A stretch of 47,023 bases of DNA from a virus (IMGVR_UViG_3300037515_000068:1-47023); one strand, 5' to 3'; shown: positions 1 to 9,914, numbered from the stretch's first letter. Made by a program: numbers and translations. Notes: generated from the sequence alone by a model not told the origin.

Positions 1-191
1 GCAACTCCTATTTGTCGGGGAATCTGATAAATTACCGCATCAATCTGGCGAAAAAAATAGGGGTTGATCTTGTTGAATGGCTGGAAGGCCCGCATGAGCC
101 GAAGAAGTACACAATCGAGCAGCTGCGCGAAATCAAAGCGACCTACAGCCGTAAAGCGCGGGAGCTAAAAAATAAATACGAAATAGTTTGA
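1..191 (+). CDS. ninG: NinG/Rap-like recombination nuclease, C-terminal part (continues from the window end)
   Basis: Frame starting at base 3 reads NSYLSGNLINYRINLAKKIGVDLVEWLEGPHEPKKYTIEQLREIKATYSRKARELK, a typical NinG C-terminus; TGA at 189-191. Confidence 0.85.
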   Translation, partial: NSYLSGNLINYRINLAKKIGVDLVEWLEGPHEPKKYTIEQLREIKATYSRKARELKNKYEIV

Positions 192-217
192 CACTGCGAA
201 ATAGTTTCGTTTAGAAT
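179..217 (+). promoter_or_regulatory. Sigma70-like promoter with operator-like repeat
   Basis: TTGACA 188-193, 18-nt spacer, TAGAAT 212-217; CGAAATAGTTT occurs twice (179-189, 197-207), the second within palindromic CGAAA-TAG-TTTCG. Confidence 0.6.
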
Positions 218-260
218 GGCTACACGGTGCAGGAAACGCCGAGCTAATTAGGAGTAGATC

Positions 261-413
261 ATGAACAACTTTTATATCACCCGCGAATCGAACTCTGTTT
301 GTGTTTGGAATGGCAGCAGCGGCGAATGCGTTTTTACCATCAGCCGTTACGCAGACGGATACACCGGCTACGAGCAAGCCGCAGCTAAATGTGCAGAATT
401 GAACGCAGCTTAA
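261..413 (+). CDS. Small hypothetical protein (50 aa, MNNFYITRES...)
   Basis: AGGAG RBS, ATG 261, TAA 411-413; below ORF-track cutoff. Confidence 0.6.
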   Translation: MNNFYITRESNSVCVWNGSSGECVFTISRYADGYTGYEQAAAKCAELNAA

Positions 414-440
414 CGCCGTAAAGATAAAGGGGTAGAGATA

Positions 441-575
441 ATGAAGCCATTTGACGGATTTACTCAAGAACAAATGCAGGATCTGTATTTTAATTACGCA
501 GCATACCGCGATGCGTATTGCAGGGCAAACGGCACATGCTGCGCAGATATTGGGATTGTTGAGTTTTACTCATGA
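441..575 (+). CDS. Small hypothetical protein (44 aa, MKPFDGFTQE...)
   Basis: AAAGGGG RBS; ATGA overlap with the next gene. Confidence 0.5.
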   Translation: MKPFDGFTQEQMQDLYFNYAAYRDAYCRANGTCCADIGIVEFYS

Positions 576-754
576 CGCCCAGCGAACAATGCAAAGCGGC
601 AGGGCTAAAGAGCCTGCGCGAGCTGGCACAGATAAGTAACGTAAGCACACGCACGCTTGAGAACTGGCACAGGCATAACATCACGCGGTTTACGGTCATG
701 CTGGCCGGGGCGGTGGCGACTAAAGCGAAAAGATCAGAAAATGCCGAAAATTGA
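572..754 (+). CDS. Small HTH DNA-binding protein
   Basis: LKSLRELAQISNVSTRTLENW helix-turn-helix pattern. Confidence 0.7.
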   Translation: MTPSEQCKAAGLKSLRELAQISNVSTRTLENWHRHNITRFTVMLAGAVATKAKRSENAEN

Positions 755-983
755 ATACGAAACCCGCACTTTATCCGTGATCGTCGTCGCAAAAGGCAAG
801 CCGATATTTAGCGAGATGGCAACTAGGGTCGAAATCGTTGACGAGGCCGGCGGCGAGTATGTCGAGGTATCCCAGCAGGGGCGGGTAGACCTCGGGAAAA
901 TCGCCATCAACCCGGAGGAATGGCCGATGCTGCGCGAGGTGATAGATACGATGGTTTCTCAGTGCAGGGATGATGCAAATTGA
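741..983 (+). CDS. Hypothetical phage protein
   Basis: ATG 741 (MPKIEYETR...) overlapping the previous gene. Confidence 0.6.
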   Translation: MPKIEYETRTLSVIVVAKGKPIFSEMATRVEIVDEAGGEYVEVSQQGRVDLGKIAINPEEWPMLREVIDTMVSQCRDDAN

Positions 984-1129
984 CACCAATCTCCCAAAAG
1001 TTTAAAGGCAAATGCCAGAACCTAGGCTGTAGCGCGCCCGCAGAGGTATCATTCCGGCTACAAAGCGGGGCTAGGCAGGCGAGGTGCAGGGCTTGTGCGG
1101 AGAAGGCGAGAAAGGGGCGTAGAAAGTGA
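980..1129 (+). CDS. Small basic Cys-rich protein (possible Zn finger)
   Basis: TTG start coupled to the previous stop; CQNLGC...CRAC. Confidence 0.45.
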   Translation: MTPISQKFKGKCQNLGCSAPAEVSFRLQSGARQARCRACAEKARKGRRK

Positions 1130-1158
1130 TTGACACAGTACGATCGTTCGCTTACATT
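1130..1158 (+). promoter_or_regulatory. Sigma70 promoter
   Basis: TTGACA 1130-1135, 17-nt spacer, TACATT 1153-1158. Confidence 0.7.
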
Positions 1159-1166
1159 GCGCACAT

Positions 1167-1287
1167 CAGCGATTTGCAGTCGCTAAATCAGGTGTGACCC
1201 AGTTGTCATAGGCATGTAGGGGAGAAATCCCGCCGACCTGATTCGGTACTGCAAACTACATGGCCTATAACAACTGGGTTTTGTTTT
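1167..1287 (+). ncRNA. c4/CI-like antisense RNA locus with upstream target boxes
   Basis: Outer stem 1197-1219 / 1256-1279 with GGGA-GAAA-TCCC hairpin; enclosed ACCTGATT and ACTGCAAA are complementary to upstream AATCAGGT (1186-1193) and TTTGCAGT (1173-1180). Confidence 0.6.
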
Positions 1288-1605
1288 GGCTGATTGCCTG
1301 GCAGTATGGAAGGGTAACCGCCGAACGGGTTAGGTAGCAAGGCCGTAAGAACGAGTCCAGACGGCAGCGCGGGTTTAATTGATAGAACGCGGACGGGATG
1401 CGATGTAGGATGTTAAATCATCCGTTCAAGCCAGAGTTTGAGCATTGCCGCAAGTCTGTCATAGCCTAATAGCGAGGGATGGCTCCGTAGCCGAAACTCT
1501 AAAGGTAAACGCCCAACTATGGGATAGGTTTGCCTTTAACTCGGGATTTCACCATAGCCGATACTCTGGTGATAGAATAGAGCAAACCACTGAATAGGTG
1601 ATATT

Positions 1606-1791
1606 TTGGCAACGATAGACGACCAAGCCGAAGCATTCGAGCAACGAGATCGGGATATTGCGCTAAAGCTACGCAAGCCAGAGCTAAAGGCATGCGGCTA
1701 CTGCTACAACTGCGGAGAGCCGATAAGCGGCGTATTCTGCGATATTGAATGCGGACGGGATTACGAGCAGCGCAAGAGGTTCAGCCAATGA
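1606..1791 (+). CDS. TraR/DksA-like C4 zinc-finger protein
   Basis: IDDQAEAFEQRDRDIAL N-terminal helix plus CYNCGEPI...FCDIEC. Confidence 0.7.
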   Translation: MATIDDQAEAFEQRDRDIALKLRKPELKACGYCYNCGEPISGVFCDIECGRDYEQRKRFSQ

Positions 1792-1967
1792 TAATTGACG
1801 ATCAATTAAAATCAGCGCAGCGCGATGTAAATATGGCAATGTCGGCGGCAGTAGATGCCATAGTAGAATATCGAGAGTTTGAGAATGTGATGGCTGAATT
1901 TGTGAAAAAATACGGCAAAACCGCAGTGCGCAGGATCATTAAGCGTATCCCTGACAAGGAGCAATAA
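1788..1967 (+). CDS. Hypothetical protein
   Basis: ATGA-coupled start (MIIDDQ...). Confidence 0.55.
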   Translation: MIIDDQLKSAQRDVNMAMSAAVDAIVEYREFENVMAEFVKKYGKTAVRRIIKRIPDKEQ

Positions 1968-2209
1968 TGTCCAACTACGACGAAATAGAGAATATCCACA
2001 GCTACCACGGAACGCGGGAGAAGTTGGGCGTTGACGTTTCTGGAGTTGAAATCGACCACTCTAAGGCCGTGGAATACTGCCAAGTGCGAGTAAGCGGAGA
2101 ACTGCGGGATGTTGCGATGGAGGGGTGGGAAGTCACCGCATCATGGCGCGAAGGGGTGGAAACGGTTTACGGGATGCGCAGGGAAGTGAAGGCAAATGGC
2201 ACGGCCTAG
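1967..2209 (+). CDS. Hypothetical protein
   Basis: AAGGAG RBS, coupled to the previous stop. Confidence 0.55.
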   Translation: MSNYDEIENIHSYHGTREKLGVDVSGVEIDHSKAVEYCQVRVSGELRDVAMEGWEVTASWREGVETVYGMRREVKANGTA

Positions 2210-2675
2210 CAAGATCACCAAAGCAGCAAAGCCTTTAACGCCATCGCAGCGACTTGATGCAATAGGCATCGACGCTATTTGCGATGAGATAGCACAAGGC
2301 AAAAGCCTGCATGCTTGGTGCCTCGAAAACGGCATGAAGAACATGACGGTTACGGACTGGATAAATGCCGACAAAGAGCGTGCCGTAAAGTACGCGCGCG
2401 CGAGGGACGAAAGATCGGATGCCTATTTTGAGTCGCTTGGCGAAGTCGGCGAGCAAGCTGTTAGAGCCGAAACAGCCGTTGAAGTCGCCGGGCTGCGACT
2501 CAAGGCTGATAATATCAAGTGGATGCTGGCGCGCATGTCTCCGCGCAAGTATGGGGATAAGCTGGCAATAGGCGGGGCAGACGACTTGCCGCCAGTCCAG
2601 CAAGAGATTACCGCCGCAATGACCCCGCAGGACGCAGCAAGGGCTTATTCCGACCTGATGGACAAAAAGCCGTGA
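2196..2675 (+). CDS. terS: Terminase small subunit
   Basis: MARPSK...ICDEIAQGKSL...YARARD...KWMLARMSPRKYGDK motif of Sf6-type TerS; directly before TerL. Confidence 0.85.
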   Translation: MARPSKITKAAKPLTPSQRLDAIGIDAICDEIAQGKSLHAWCLENGMKNMTVTDWINADKERAVKYARARDERSDAYFESLGEVGEQAVRAETAVEVAGLRLKADNIKWMLARMSPRKYGDKLAIGGADDLPPVQQEITAAMTPQDAARAYSDLMDKKP

Positions 2676-4294
2676 CGTTCGACTACAAGAATCCAGATTA
2701 CCCCGCAATCTACGCAGAACGCGCCGAACGACTGAAGCGCATTCGAGCTAACCCTCAGTCTATCCCCGCCCTGAAACTGTACTACCGCGACAACATCGCC
2801 CAGTTCCTCACGGATTGGGCTTGTACTGTTGATCCTCGCGGCCCGGAGATCGGCCAGCCTTCGGTTATCCCGTTTATTCTGTTTCCGAAACAAATTGAAT
2901 GGGTGGATTGGTTTATCGCTAAGTGGAAGAATCGCGAACCTGGACTAACTGACAAATCCCGAGACATGGGTCTATCGTGGCTCGCGGTGTGTACCGCCGC
3001 ATCGGTGTGCATGTTCAATGATGGCATCGTTGCCGGGTTCGGTTCCCGCAAAGAAGATTACGTAGACAAGATCGGCGACCCGAAAAGCCTATTCTGGAAG
3101 GCACGGGAGTTTCTGCGATTATTGCCGAATGAGTTTACCGGCGCATGGTCTGACGCGCACATGCGCATATCGTTTAGCGGAACTGGTTCGGTGATGACCG
3201 GCGAGGCTGGCGACAACATCGGGCGCGGCGACCGAACGAGCTTTTACTTCGTTGACGAGGCCGCACATATCGAGAGGCCGCAGCTTGTTGACGCTTCCCT
3301 ATCGGCTACGACCAACTGCCGCATAGACATATCCAGCGCAAACGGCATGGCTAACCCGTTCGCTATCAAGCGGTTCAGTGGGAAAATATCAGTGTTTTCG
3401 ATGCACTGGCGCGATGATCCGCGAAAGGACGAAGCGTGGTATCAAAAGAAAAAAAACGAGCTAGACCCAATAACACTCGCTCAAGAAATCGACATTGACT
3501 ATTCGGCATCGGTTGAGGGGGTGCTAATCCCGTCCGAATGGGTGCAAGCTGCTATCGATGCAGACGAAAAGCTGGATATAAGCCCGTCAGGCGTGCGTAA
3601 AGGCGCGCTGGATGTAGCTGATGAGGGCAAGGATGAGAATGCCTTCGCTGGTCGTCATGGCGTATTGCTGGAGACTGTGGAAAGCTGGAAGGGCGTAGGC
3701 TCGGACATATTCAGCACGGTAGAGAAAGCGTTTATGCTGTGCGACGATGGCGGATATTTGGCATTCTCATATGATGCTGACGGTCTAGGGGCCGGGGTGC
3801 GCGGTGACGCCAGGATTATCAATGCGCGCCGGGATGAGAGCAAGCAAGGGCAGCTAGAGGTATCGGCGTTTCGTGGCTCTGGTGCGGTATTGAAGCCCGA
3901 TGCGATGATGGTCAAGGGGCGCAAGAATAAGGACTTTTTCGCCAATGCCAAGGCGCAGGCATGGTGGGCGTTGCGCATCAGGTTTCAAAATACCTATCGA
4001 GCTGTTGTGGAAGGTGTGATGCCGGAAGACCCGGACAACATCATCGCAATCTCAGGGAAGATACCGAATCTGAGCAAGCTGACCGCCGAACTGTCGCAGC
4101 CGACCTATTCGATCAACACCGCCGGCAAGATCATCATCGACAAAGCACCGGATAACACCAAATCCCCGAACCTGGCCGATTCGGTTATGATTGCATACGC
4201 TGAATCCGGGCCGATGGTTAAGGCTAAAACGGAAGCCAAGCCGAAGCGCACATTGAACATTGGGAACTCGGGTGGCTTGGGTTGGATGGGTTAG
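2672..4294 (+). CDS. terL: Terminase large subunit
   Basis: KSRDMGLSW Walker A, FVDEAA Walker B, LDVADEGKD nuclease motif, SPNLADS. Confidence 0.95.
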   Translation: MTFDYKNPDYPAIYAERAERLKRIRANPQSIPALKLYYRDNIAQFLTDWACTVDPRGPEIGQPSVIPFILFPKQIEWVDWFIAKWKNREPGLTDKSRDMGLSWLAVCTAASVCMFNDGIVAGFGSRKEDYVDKIGDPKSLFWKAREFLRLLPNEFTGAWSDAHMRISFSGTGSVMTGEAGDNIGRGDRTSFYFVDEAAHIERPQLVDASLSATTNCRIDISSANGMANPFAIKRFSGKISVFSMHWRDDPRKDEAWYQKKKNELDPITLAQEIDIDYSASVEGVLIPSEWVQAAIDADEKLDISPSGVRKGALDVADEGKDENAFAGRHGVLLETVESWKGVGSDIFSTVEKAFMLCDDGGYLAFSYDADGLGAGVRGDARIINARRDESKQGQLEVSAFRGSGAVLKPDAMMVKGRKNKDFFANAKAQAWWALRIRFQNTYRAVVEGVMPEDPDNIIAISGKIPNLSKLTAELSQPTYSINTAGKIIIDKAPDNTKSPNLADSVMIAYAESGPMVKAKTEAKPKRTLNIGNSGGLGWMG

Positions 4295-4311
4295 TTTAAC
4301 AGGAGATTTGA

Positions 4312-4653
4312 ATGACACACTTAGGCATAGGGGCCGAGCAATTCGGCATAGACGCGGCGAATTTTGGCATCGGGCTGGACACCGGGAACATCGGTAGCGT
4401 GATGGCAATGGCGATGGCTACGGACTCGCTGAACGCGCAGCAGGAGGCGGTAGCAAGGCCGAGTCTTGATGTTGCTGCCATAACTGATGCAGCGCATGAA
4501 TTGATGAACAATCCAGATAATGAGCATCAGCGAAAGGAGATTGAATCGCAGCTTGATGCGGTAATGCCAGAACGTCAGCCGGATATTGTGCCGCCAGCGA
4601 CGAAGCCAGCAAAGCCAGTGACGAAGCGCAAATACACGAAGAGGTCGAAGTGA
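4312..4653 (+). CDS. Hypothetical protein with basic C-terminal tail
   Basis: AGGAG RBS; ends KRKYTKRSK. Confidence 0.6.
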   Translation: MTHLGIGAEQFGIDAANFGIGLDTGNIGSVMAMAMATDSLNAQQEAVARPSLDVAAITDAAHELMNNPDNEHQRKEIESQLDAVMPERQPDIVPPATKPAKPVTKRKYTKRSK

Positions 4654-4970
4654 GTGATTTAGCCATGCTAGGCAAGCGCACCCACGAAGGCGCAAAGTGC
4701 CGCATCGGCTACACAATGGCCGTCCCCACGAACATGCGCGGCCATATCCGCGAGGTCAGCAGCTTGCACACTGAGCCGGGAATGCGCGGCAAAGGCCAAG
4801 CAACAAAGCTACTCAAGCAGGTATGCGAAGAGGCGGACAAGTGTGGTAAAGTGCTGATATTGTTGCCGGATGATGAAAAGCTGGTAGCGTGGTATCAGAA
4901 GTTCGGCTTCGAGATAATCCAGCAAGAGCCTAAAATGCTGATGATGCGAAAGGTAACTCCGCAAGGTTGA
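4650..4970 (+). CDS. GNAT-family N-acetyltransferase
   Basis: RGKGQATKLL acetyl-CoA motif and WYQKFGF. Confidence 0.8.
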   Translation: MSDLAMLGKRTHEGAKCRIGYTMAVPTNMRGHIREVSSLHTEPGMRGKGQATKLLKQVCEEADKCGKVLILLPDDEKLVAWYQKFGFEIIQQEPKMLMMRKVTPQG

Positions 4971-5161
4971 ATCGAATGTAACTCATAATTATCTGGTTCG
5001 GTGGTTGCGCGTGGTCAAGCCGGCGAAGATAATCAGCAAGGCGTTTCGGTTCGTAAAAAGTTTTGCGCTTTGCTGTACCTCCACATCTTCGCAATCGGCA
5101 GCGAAGTAAAAAACCACGATAGCCGAATATTCCCCCGTCGAGACGATGGCAAGAGGTGATT

Positions 5162-7516
5162 ATGGATTACGAGAACGAGGCTTCCGAGCCGAAAGAATCG
5201 AAGGCCGAAGATAGTACGGACATCGTGACCGAGGCCAAAGAGCGGTACGAGCTTGCCAAGGTCGCCTATTCGACACTGCGCGCCGCCGCTCAAGAGGATA
5301 CGAAGTTCTACCTCGGCGACTCTGAGAACGGCTGGCAATGGCCTGAGAACATCAAGCTAAACCGCTCAGAAGTTGAGCGCCGTCCGTGCCTCACGATCAA
5401 CCTGACCGCGCAGCACTGCAACCAGGTAATCAACTCCATCCGCCAAAACCGACCAGCTGCAAAGGTGCGCCCAGTAGACGACAGTTCCGACAAAAAGACC
5501 GCCGAGATTCTTGAGGGTCTAATCCGCAACATCCACAACTACAGCAGCGCGGACGATGCGCACGATTTGGCCGCTGAACATGCTATCGCTGGCGGTGAGG
5601 GATATTGGGCGGTTCGCACCTGCTACGAGTCTGAAAAGAGTTTCAACCAGATTATCAAGATCGACCAGATACCAGACCCGAATATGGTCTATATCGACCC
5701 ATTCGCAAAGAACATCGACCGCTCGGATGCGGATTGGGGGTTTGTGTTTGAGGATGTCTCAAAAGAGTACGTCCGCCGCAAGTGGCCCGACATTAACCCT
5801 TCATCGTGGGCCGAGGATGCGCAAGGATGGACGAAGAAGGACACGGTACGGATTGCCGACTACTACTACTGCGAGTATGTCGATGATGTCCTGTATCAGC
5901 TTCCTACTGGCGATTCTGAGCTAAAGAGCAAAATCCCGCCGCAGATTCTTGAGCAATTGGACATGATGGTGTCGGCAAAAGTGCTGGCAACCCGTCCGAC
6001 CAAGCGCAAAGAGTGGAAAATCTGCAAGCTGATCGGCGGTGAATCCAAGCCTGTCGATATGACAGATTGGCCTGGTTCTACTTTGCCTATCGTGATGGTT
6101 GTCGGCAAGGAACTGACGGTCAACGGCGAAGTAGTGCGCAAGGGCTTAGTCCGCGACCTGAAAGACCCGGCGCGGATGGTCAATTACGCATTTTCCGCCG
6201 CGATTGAGTCTATCGCATTGCAGAACAAAATCCCGTACATGGCCCCGGCTGCGGCTATTGAGGGCTACGAGACAATATGGGATTCCGCGAACATTGAGAA
6301 TCGTTCGTATTTGCCATATAACCACGTTGACGATTCAGGAAATCAGATACCGGCTCCGCAACGCCAGCAAGGAACACAACTCGCATCGGCACAAATTCAG
6401 ATGCTGCAAGTCGCAACCGAGCAAATGCGCGGCGCGTCAGGCCAGCATAACGCCTCGATGGGTATTAAGTCGGAGGCTTCTAGCGGGATTGGCATTCAAC
6501 GGCTCAAATCGCAATCTGAGGTAGCTACGTTCCACTTCCCGGACAACTTCGCCCGCGCTTTGAAGTATGAGGCGCAGATTCTCGTTGACCTGATTACCGG
6601 CGGCAGGGTGATGGACACCAAGCGAGTTATGAGAGTATTGGGGATCGATGGCAAGGAAAGCCAAGCCGTGCTAGACCCGTCCTCACAAGTCGCGCATCAG
6701 GAAGTAGACGGGCTGACGGAAGAGGACGTAACGCGCATATTCAACCCGACAATCGGGCGCTATGACGTGACTATCGACACCGGCCCGAGCTACATGACAC
6801 AACGGCAGGAAACGGCGGCGAACGTGACCGAAATCGCAGCAAGGAATCCGCAAGTAATGCAATTGGCCGGCGACTTGGTATTCCGTTCGTTGGACTTCCC
6901 GCTTGCCGACCAGTTCGCCAAGCGTTTCGAGAAGTCACTACCTCCTGGGTTGAAAGACGAAAAAGGCCAGCCGCAGATTCCGCCGCAGGTTCAACAGGCC
7001 ATCCAGCAGGCGCAGCAGCATATTCAAGAGCAGGATCAGGTTATCCAGCAAATGCAATCTGAATTGCAGAAAAACCAGACAGAGCAACAGCGTGCAGCAT
7101 TGGAGGCTCAGAAGGCGCAAGCCGAAGCTCAAGTAGCGCAGGCAAGACTGCAAATCGACCAAGCCAAGATTCAAATCGACAGCTTCAAAGCTGAGACTGA
7201 GCGGGCGAAAATGGAGTACGAAGCCCGTATAGCAATGGCACAGCAGACGCTGCAAGAATCAGCCGCAAGCGAAGAACAGGACGAATCACAGCAATTGGCA
7301 TTTGAGCAATATAAGGCCGAATTGCAGGCCGAAACAGAGCGCTGGAAAGCGAGGCTCGATGCTGAGACAAAGATGGCAATCGCAGAGATGCAAAGCCGCT
7401 CAGAAGTCCAACAAGAGCATATCCGCACGGCCCCGGCGATGATGGAACACGCGCACGACATGATGCAGAATATGGTCGTGGTTGAAGGAGTCGAAGATGG
7501 CGAAACCGGAAGATAG
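5162..7516 (+). CDS. P22-like portal protein
   Basis: GWQW...RPCLTIN...RQNRP...GLVRDLKDPARMVNY...GRYDVTIDTGPSYMTQRQE; Gln-rich C-terminal coiled coil (barrel). Confidence 0.93.
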   Translation: MDYENEASEPKESKAEDSTDIVTEAKERYELAKVAYSTLRAAAQEDTKFYLGDSENGWQWPENIKLNRSEVERRPCLTINLTAQHCNQVINSIRQNRPAAKVRPVDDSSDKKTAEILEGLIRNIHNYSSADDAHDLAAEHAIAGGEGYWAVRTCYESEKSFNQIIKIDQIPDPNMVYIDPFAKNIDRSDADWGFVFEDVSKEYVRRKWPDINPSSWAEDAQGWTKKDTVRIADYYYCEYVDDVLYQLPTGDSELKSKIPPQILEQLDMMVSAKVLATRPTKRKEWKICKLIGGESKPVDMTDWPGSTLPIVMVVGKELTVNGEVVRKGLVRDLKDPARMVNYAFSAAIESIALQNKIPYMAPAAAIEGYETIWDSANIENRSYLPYNHVDDSGNQIPAPQRQQGTQLASAQIQMLQVATEQMRGASGQHNASMGIKSEASSGIGIQRLKSQSEVATFHFPDNFARALKYEAQILVDLITGGRVMDTKRVMRVLGIDGKESQAVLDPSSQVAHQEVDGLTEEDVTRIFNPTIGRYDVTIDTGPSYMTQRQETAANVTEIAARNPQVMQLAGDLVFRSLDFPLADQFAKRFEKSLPPGLKDEKGQPQIPPQVQQAIQQAQQHIQEQDQVIQQMQSELQKNQTEQQRAALEAQKAQAEAQVAQARLQIDQAKIQIDSFKAETERAKMEYEARIAMAQQTLQESAASEEQDESQQLAFEQYKAELQAETERWKARLDAETKMAIAEMQSRSEVQQEHIRTAPAMMEHAHDMMQNMVVVEGVEDGETGR

Positions 7517-9875
7517 GCGCGCAAAGCTGGCAAGGGAAATGTCGCACAGAATGAGTGCGGATGAGCGATTGCGCGCCTATGAAGCCGCGCTGAATCCGCC
7601 TAGTCAGGAAGATATTGACACGGCGATTAAGGTCGGCATGGGGCGAATGTCTCCTGACGTAGCCTATGGCGAGAAGCCGCTTGCCGGTGGGCTGGACATT
7701 GCTGAGATAGGCGGCATTCCAATCAACGCGACAGACTTCATCGGCACGGGCATCCCGTCCAAGCTGGCGATGGGCGCGAAGATGTTTGCCGCACCGCTGG
7801 CTGCGGCATTGGGGGGAACGGCTATCGCATCGCAAGCCAGCCAAGGCGCGAAGCTGAACGCACTGGCTAACCTGATGCGCAAGGAGCGCGGGATATTCGC
7901 TGGGGTGAATGCGAAGACGGCGGACATGGCAAAGCTGGAAGAGGCGAAACAACTCGCCGCGCAGGGTGTGCCGGATGCGGATATTTGGGCGCAAACCGGA
8001 TGGACGCTGGACACGCCGGACAAGATGCCGAGGTTTGAGATACCGGATGATGCGGCTAGATTAAATCTTGAGGATGCTGGATATTTAGGTGTCAAACACT
8101 CTTTCGATGATTTGGATAAATCAGTTTCGCATGAAGATTTATATTCTGCATATCCAGAAATAAAAGGATATGGAGGCGATATATCACAGACTCCCGGCGG
8201 CTTAGAATCTGGCTCGTTTAAGGCAGGAAAGATGAGCGGAAAGCCATCTATTAGAGCTACCGGAGATGATGCAACAGGAACAGTTTTGCACGAACTCCAG
8301 CACGCCATCCAGCAGCGCGAAGGGTTCGCTAGGGGCGGGAGTCCTGAGTTATTCAAAGAATCCAACTCCCCGCTAATCCCGGAAATGGCGGCGCGCAATC
8401 AAGCGGTAATAGATGTCGGAAGAATGGCAAAAGAATATGGAATGTCTCCAGAAGATGTTTTGCGTAGCGGTGCTATAGATGAGCCGCATGCGTCAGAATT
8501 GCTAAGCAGAGGATTGGATTCAGGCCAATGGGATTACATGACGCGATACGCGAATGAGCGCGCATTATCTCCAGATCAAGCATACAAACGACTAGCTGGA
8601 GAAGCCGAAGCACGCCTAACGCAAGCGCGCATGAACCTAACCCCATATCAGCGCCTAGCCCAGTACCCATACGAGCCGGAATACTTCCTTCAGGCTACCG
8701 GAGTGCCGCTTGATGAATTGATCGTCCGCAAGGGTGGCGACGGCACGGCTATGAGCCTGCCGGATAACCTCGATGACCTATGGACTCCAGTAGACACACT
8801 CCAGCACCCAGCCGGAACGCAATATTCGCCAATCAACAAATATCTGAACAATCCAGACTACAATACCGGGATGGATGTTCCGTATGGCAATTTTCCAACA
8901 AGGGGGATGTATGAAGAAATCATCGCAAGACAAAAAGCGGATGCTGATTTCAATCAATCGCAATTCCAAGACGACCTGCATCGCGCAATCGAAGCTGATG
9001 CAGGACTCGCCGCCTCGCGTGGGAACGTACAGCCAGCCAGCAACGTACCGCAAAGATTGTCCGACGGGCAGATAAATGGCGATGATTGGCTTAAAAAGCA
9101 GATGGAAGGAATTGGTATTTCAGAGCCATCGCCAACATACGACGCCCAGCGCGAAAACCTCAACGCCGCATTGCTGGAAAAGCATCTATCCGGTAATCCG
9201 TTAAACCCGGATGAGCTGGCGCAATATGAGGCCAACGGCGCGCTTATGTCGAACACTGGGCGCGGTGATATTAACGCGATGAACGCTCAGGCACAGCCGG
9301 AATATGCGGCGTATCGCGGTGAGTTTGATACGCCTGCTTATCATGGTACAGACAGAAAGTTTTCAGAATTTGACCCAGAAGAGAAATATGCTGCATCGAA
9401 TTCTATGGGAAGTTGGTTTACTGATGACCCACTGCAAGCCGCATTCTATGCCGACCCATCAAACAGAGGGAAAGGCGATGTAATGCGCGCATTGTTGCGC
9501 GTTGAAGACCCTTATGAAATTGATGCTATGGCTGATGCTAGAAGGATTGCAGACGACATCGGCATTGACCCGAATCTTAATTGGGGAAATGCGTCAGAAA
9601 TACTGCAATACTCTGATTATGTCGAAGACGCCATAAAAGATGCCAGTCGGTTAGGAAAAAAATCATTAGTTGTCAGAAATACCGCAGATGCGCCAAATAG
9701 ATCAGATGATCTTGCTACGCACTACTCTATTTTTGATCCACGGAATATCAGGCTAAAAACAGCGGCCTTCGACCCTCTTCGCCGCAACAGCGCAAACATC
9801 CTAGCCGGTGGCGCTGCTGGTGCGGTAGGGCTGAACGAGCTTGCAGATTTGCTGTATTTGGATGAATACCAGTAG
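7497..9875 (+). CDS. Polyvalent virion-associated protein: LPD23-like/HExxH domain plus C-terminal ADP-ribosyltransferase-like domain
   Basis: IWAQTGW..RFEIPDD..LYSAYPE..LHELQHAIQQREGFARGGS..LAGEAEAR; C-terminal AYHGT..FSEFDP..GSWFT..YSIFDPRNIR. Confidence 0.7.
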   Translation: MAKPEDRRAKLAREMSHRMSADERLRAYEAALNPPSQEDIDTAIKVGMGRMSPDVAYGEKPLAGGLDIAEIGGIPINATDFIGTGIPSKLAMGAKMFAAPLAAALGGTAIASQASQGAKLNALANLMRKERGIFAGVNAKTADMAKLEEAKQLAAQGVPDADIWAQTGWTLDTPDKMPRFEIPDDAARLNLEDAGYLGVKHSFDDLDKSVSHEDLYSAYPEIKGYGGDISQTPGGLESGSFKAGKMSGKPSIRATGDDATGTVLHELQHAIQQREGFARGGSPELFKESNSPLIPEMAARNQAVIDVGRMAKEYGMSPEDVLRSGAIDEPHASELLSRGLDSGQWDYMTRYANERALSPDQAYKRLAGEAEARLTQARMNLTPYQRLAQYPYEPEYFLQATGVPLDELIVRKGGDGTAMSLPDNLDDLWTPVDTLQHPAGTQYSPINKYLNNPDYNTGMDVPYGNFPTRGMYEEIIARQKADADFNQSQFQDDLHRAIEADAGLAASRGNVQPASNVPQRLSDGQINGDDWLKKQMEGIGISEPSPTYDAQRENLNAALLEKHLSGNPLNPDELAQYEANGALMSNTGRGDINAMNAQAQPEYAAYRGEFDTPAYHGTDRKFSEFDPEEKYAASNSMGSWFTDDPLQAAFYADPSNRGKGDVMRALLRVEDPYEIDAMADARRIADDIGIDPNLNWGNASEILQYSDYVEDAIKDASRLGKKSLVVRNTADAPNRSDDLATHYSIFDPRNIRLKTAAFDPLRRNSANILAGGAAGAVGLNELADLLYLDEYQ

Positions 9876-9914
9876 TGACCACTAACTAACGCTTAGCAAG
9901 CGCTCACATACTTG

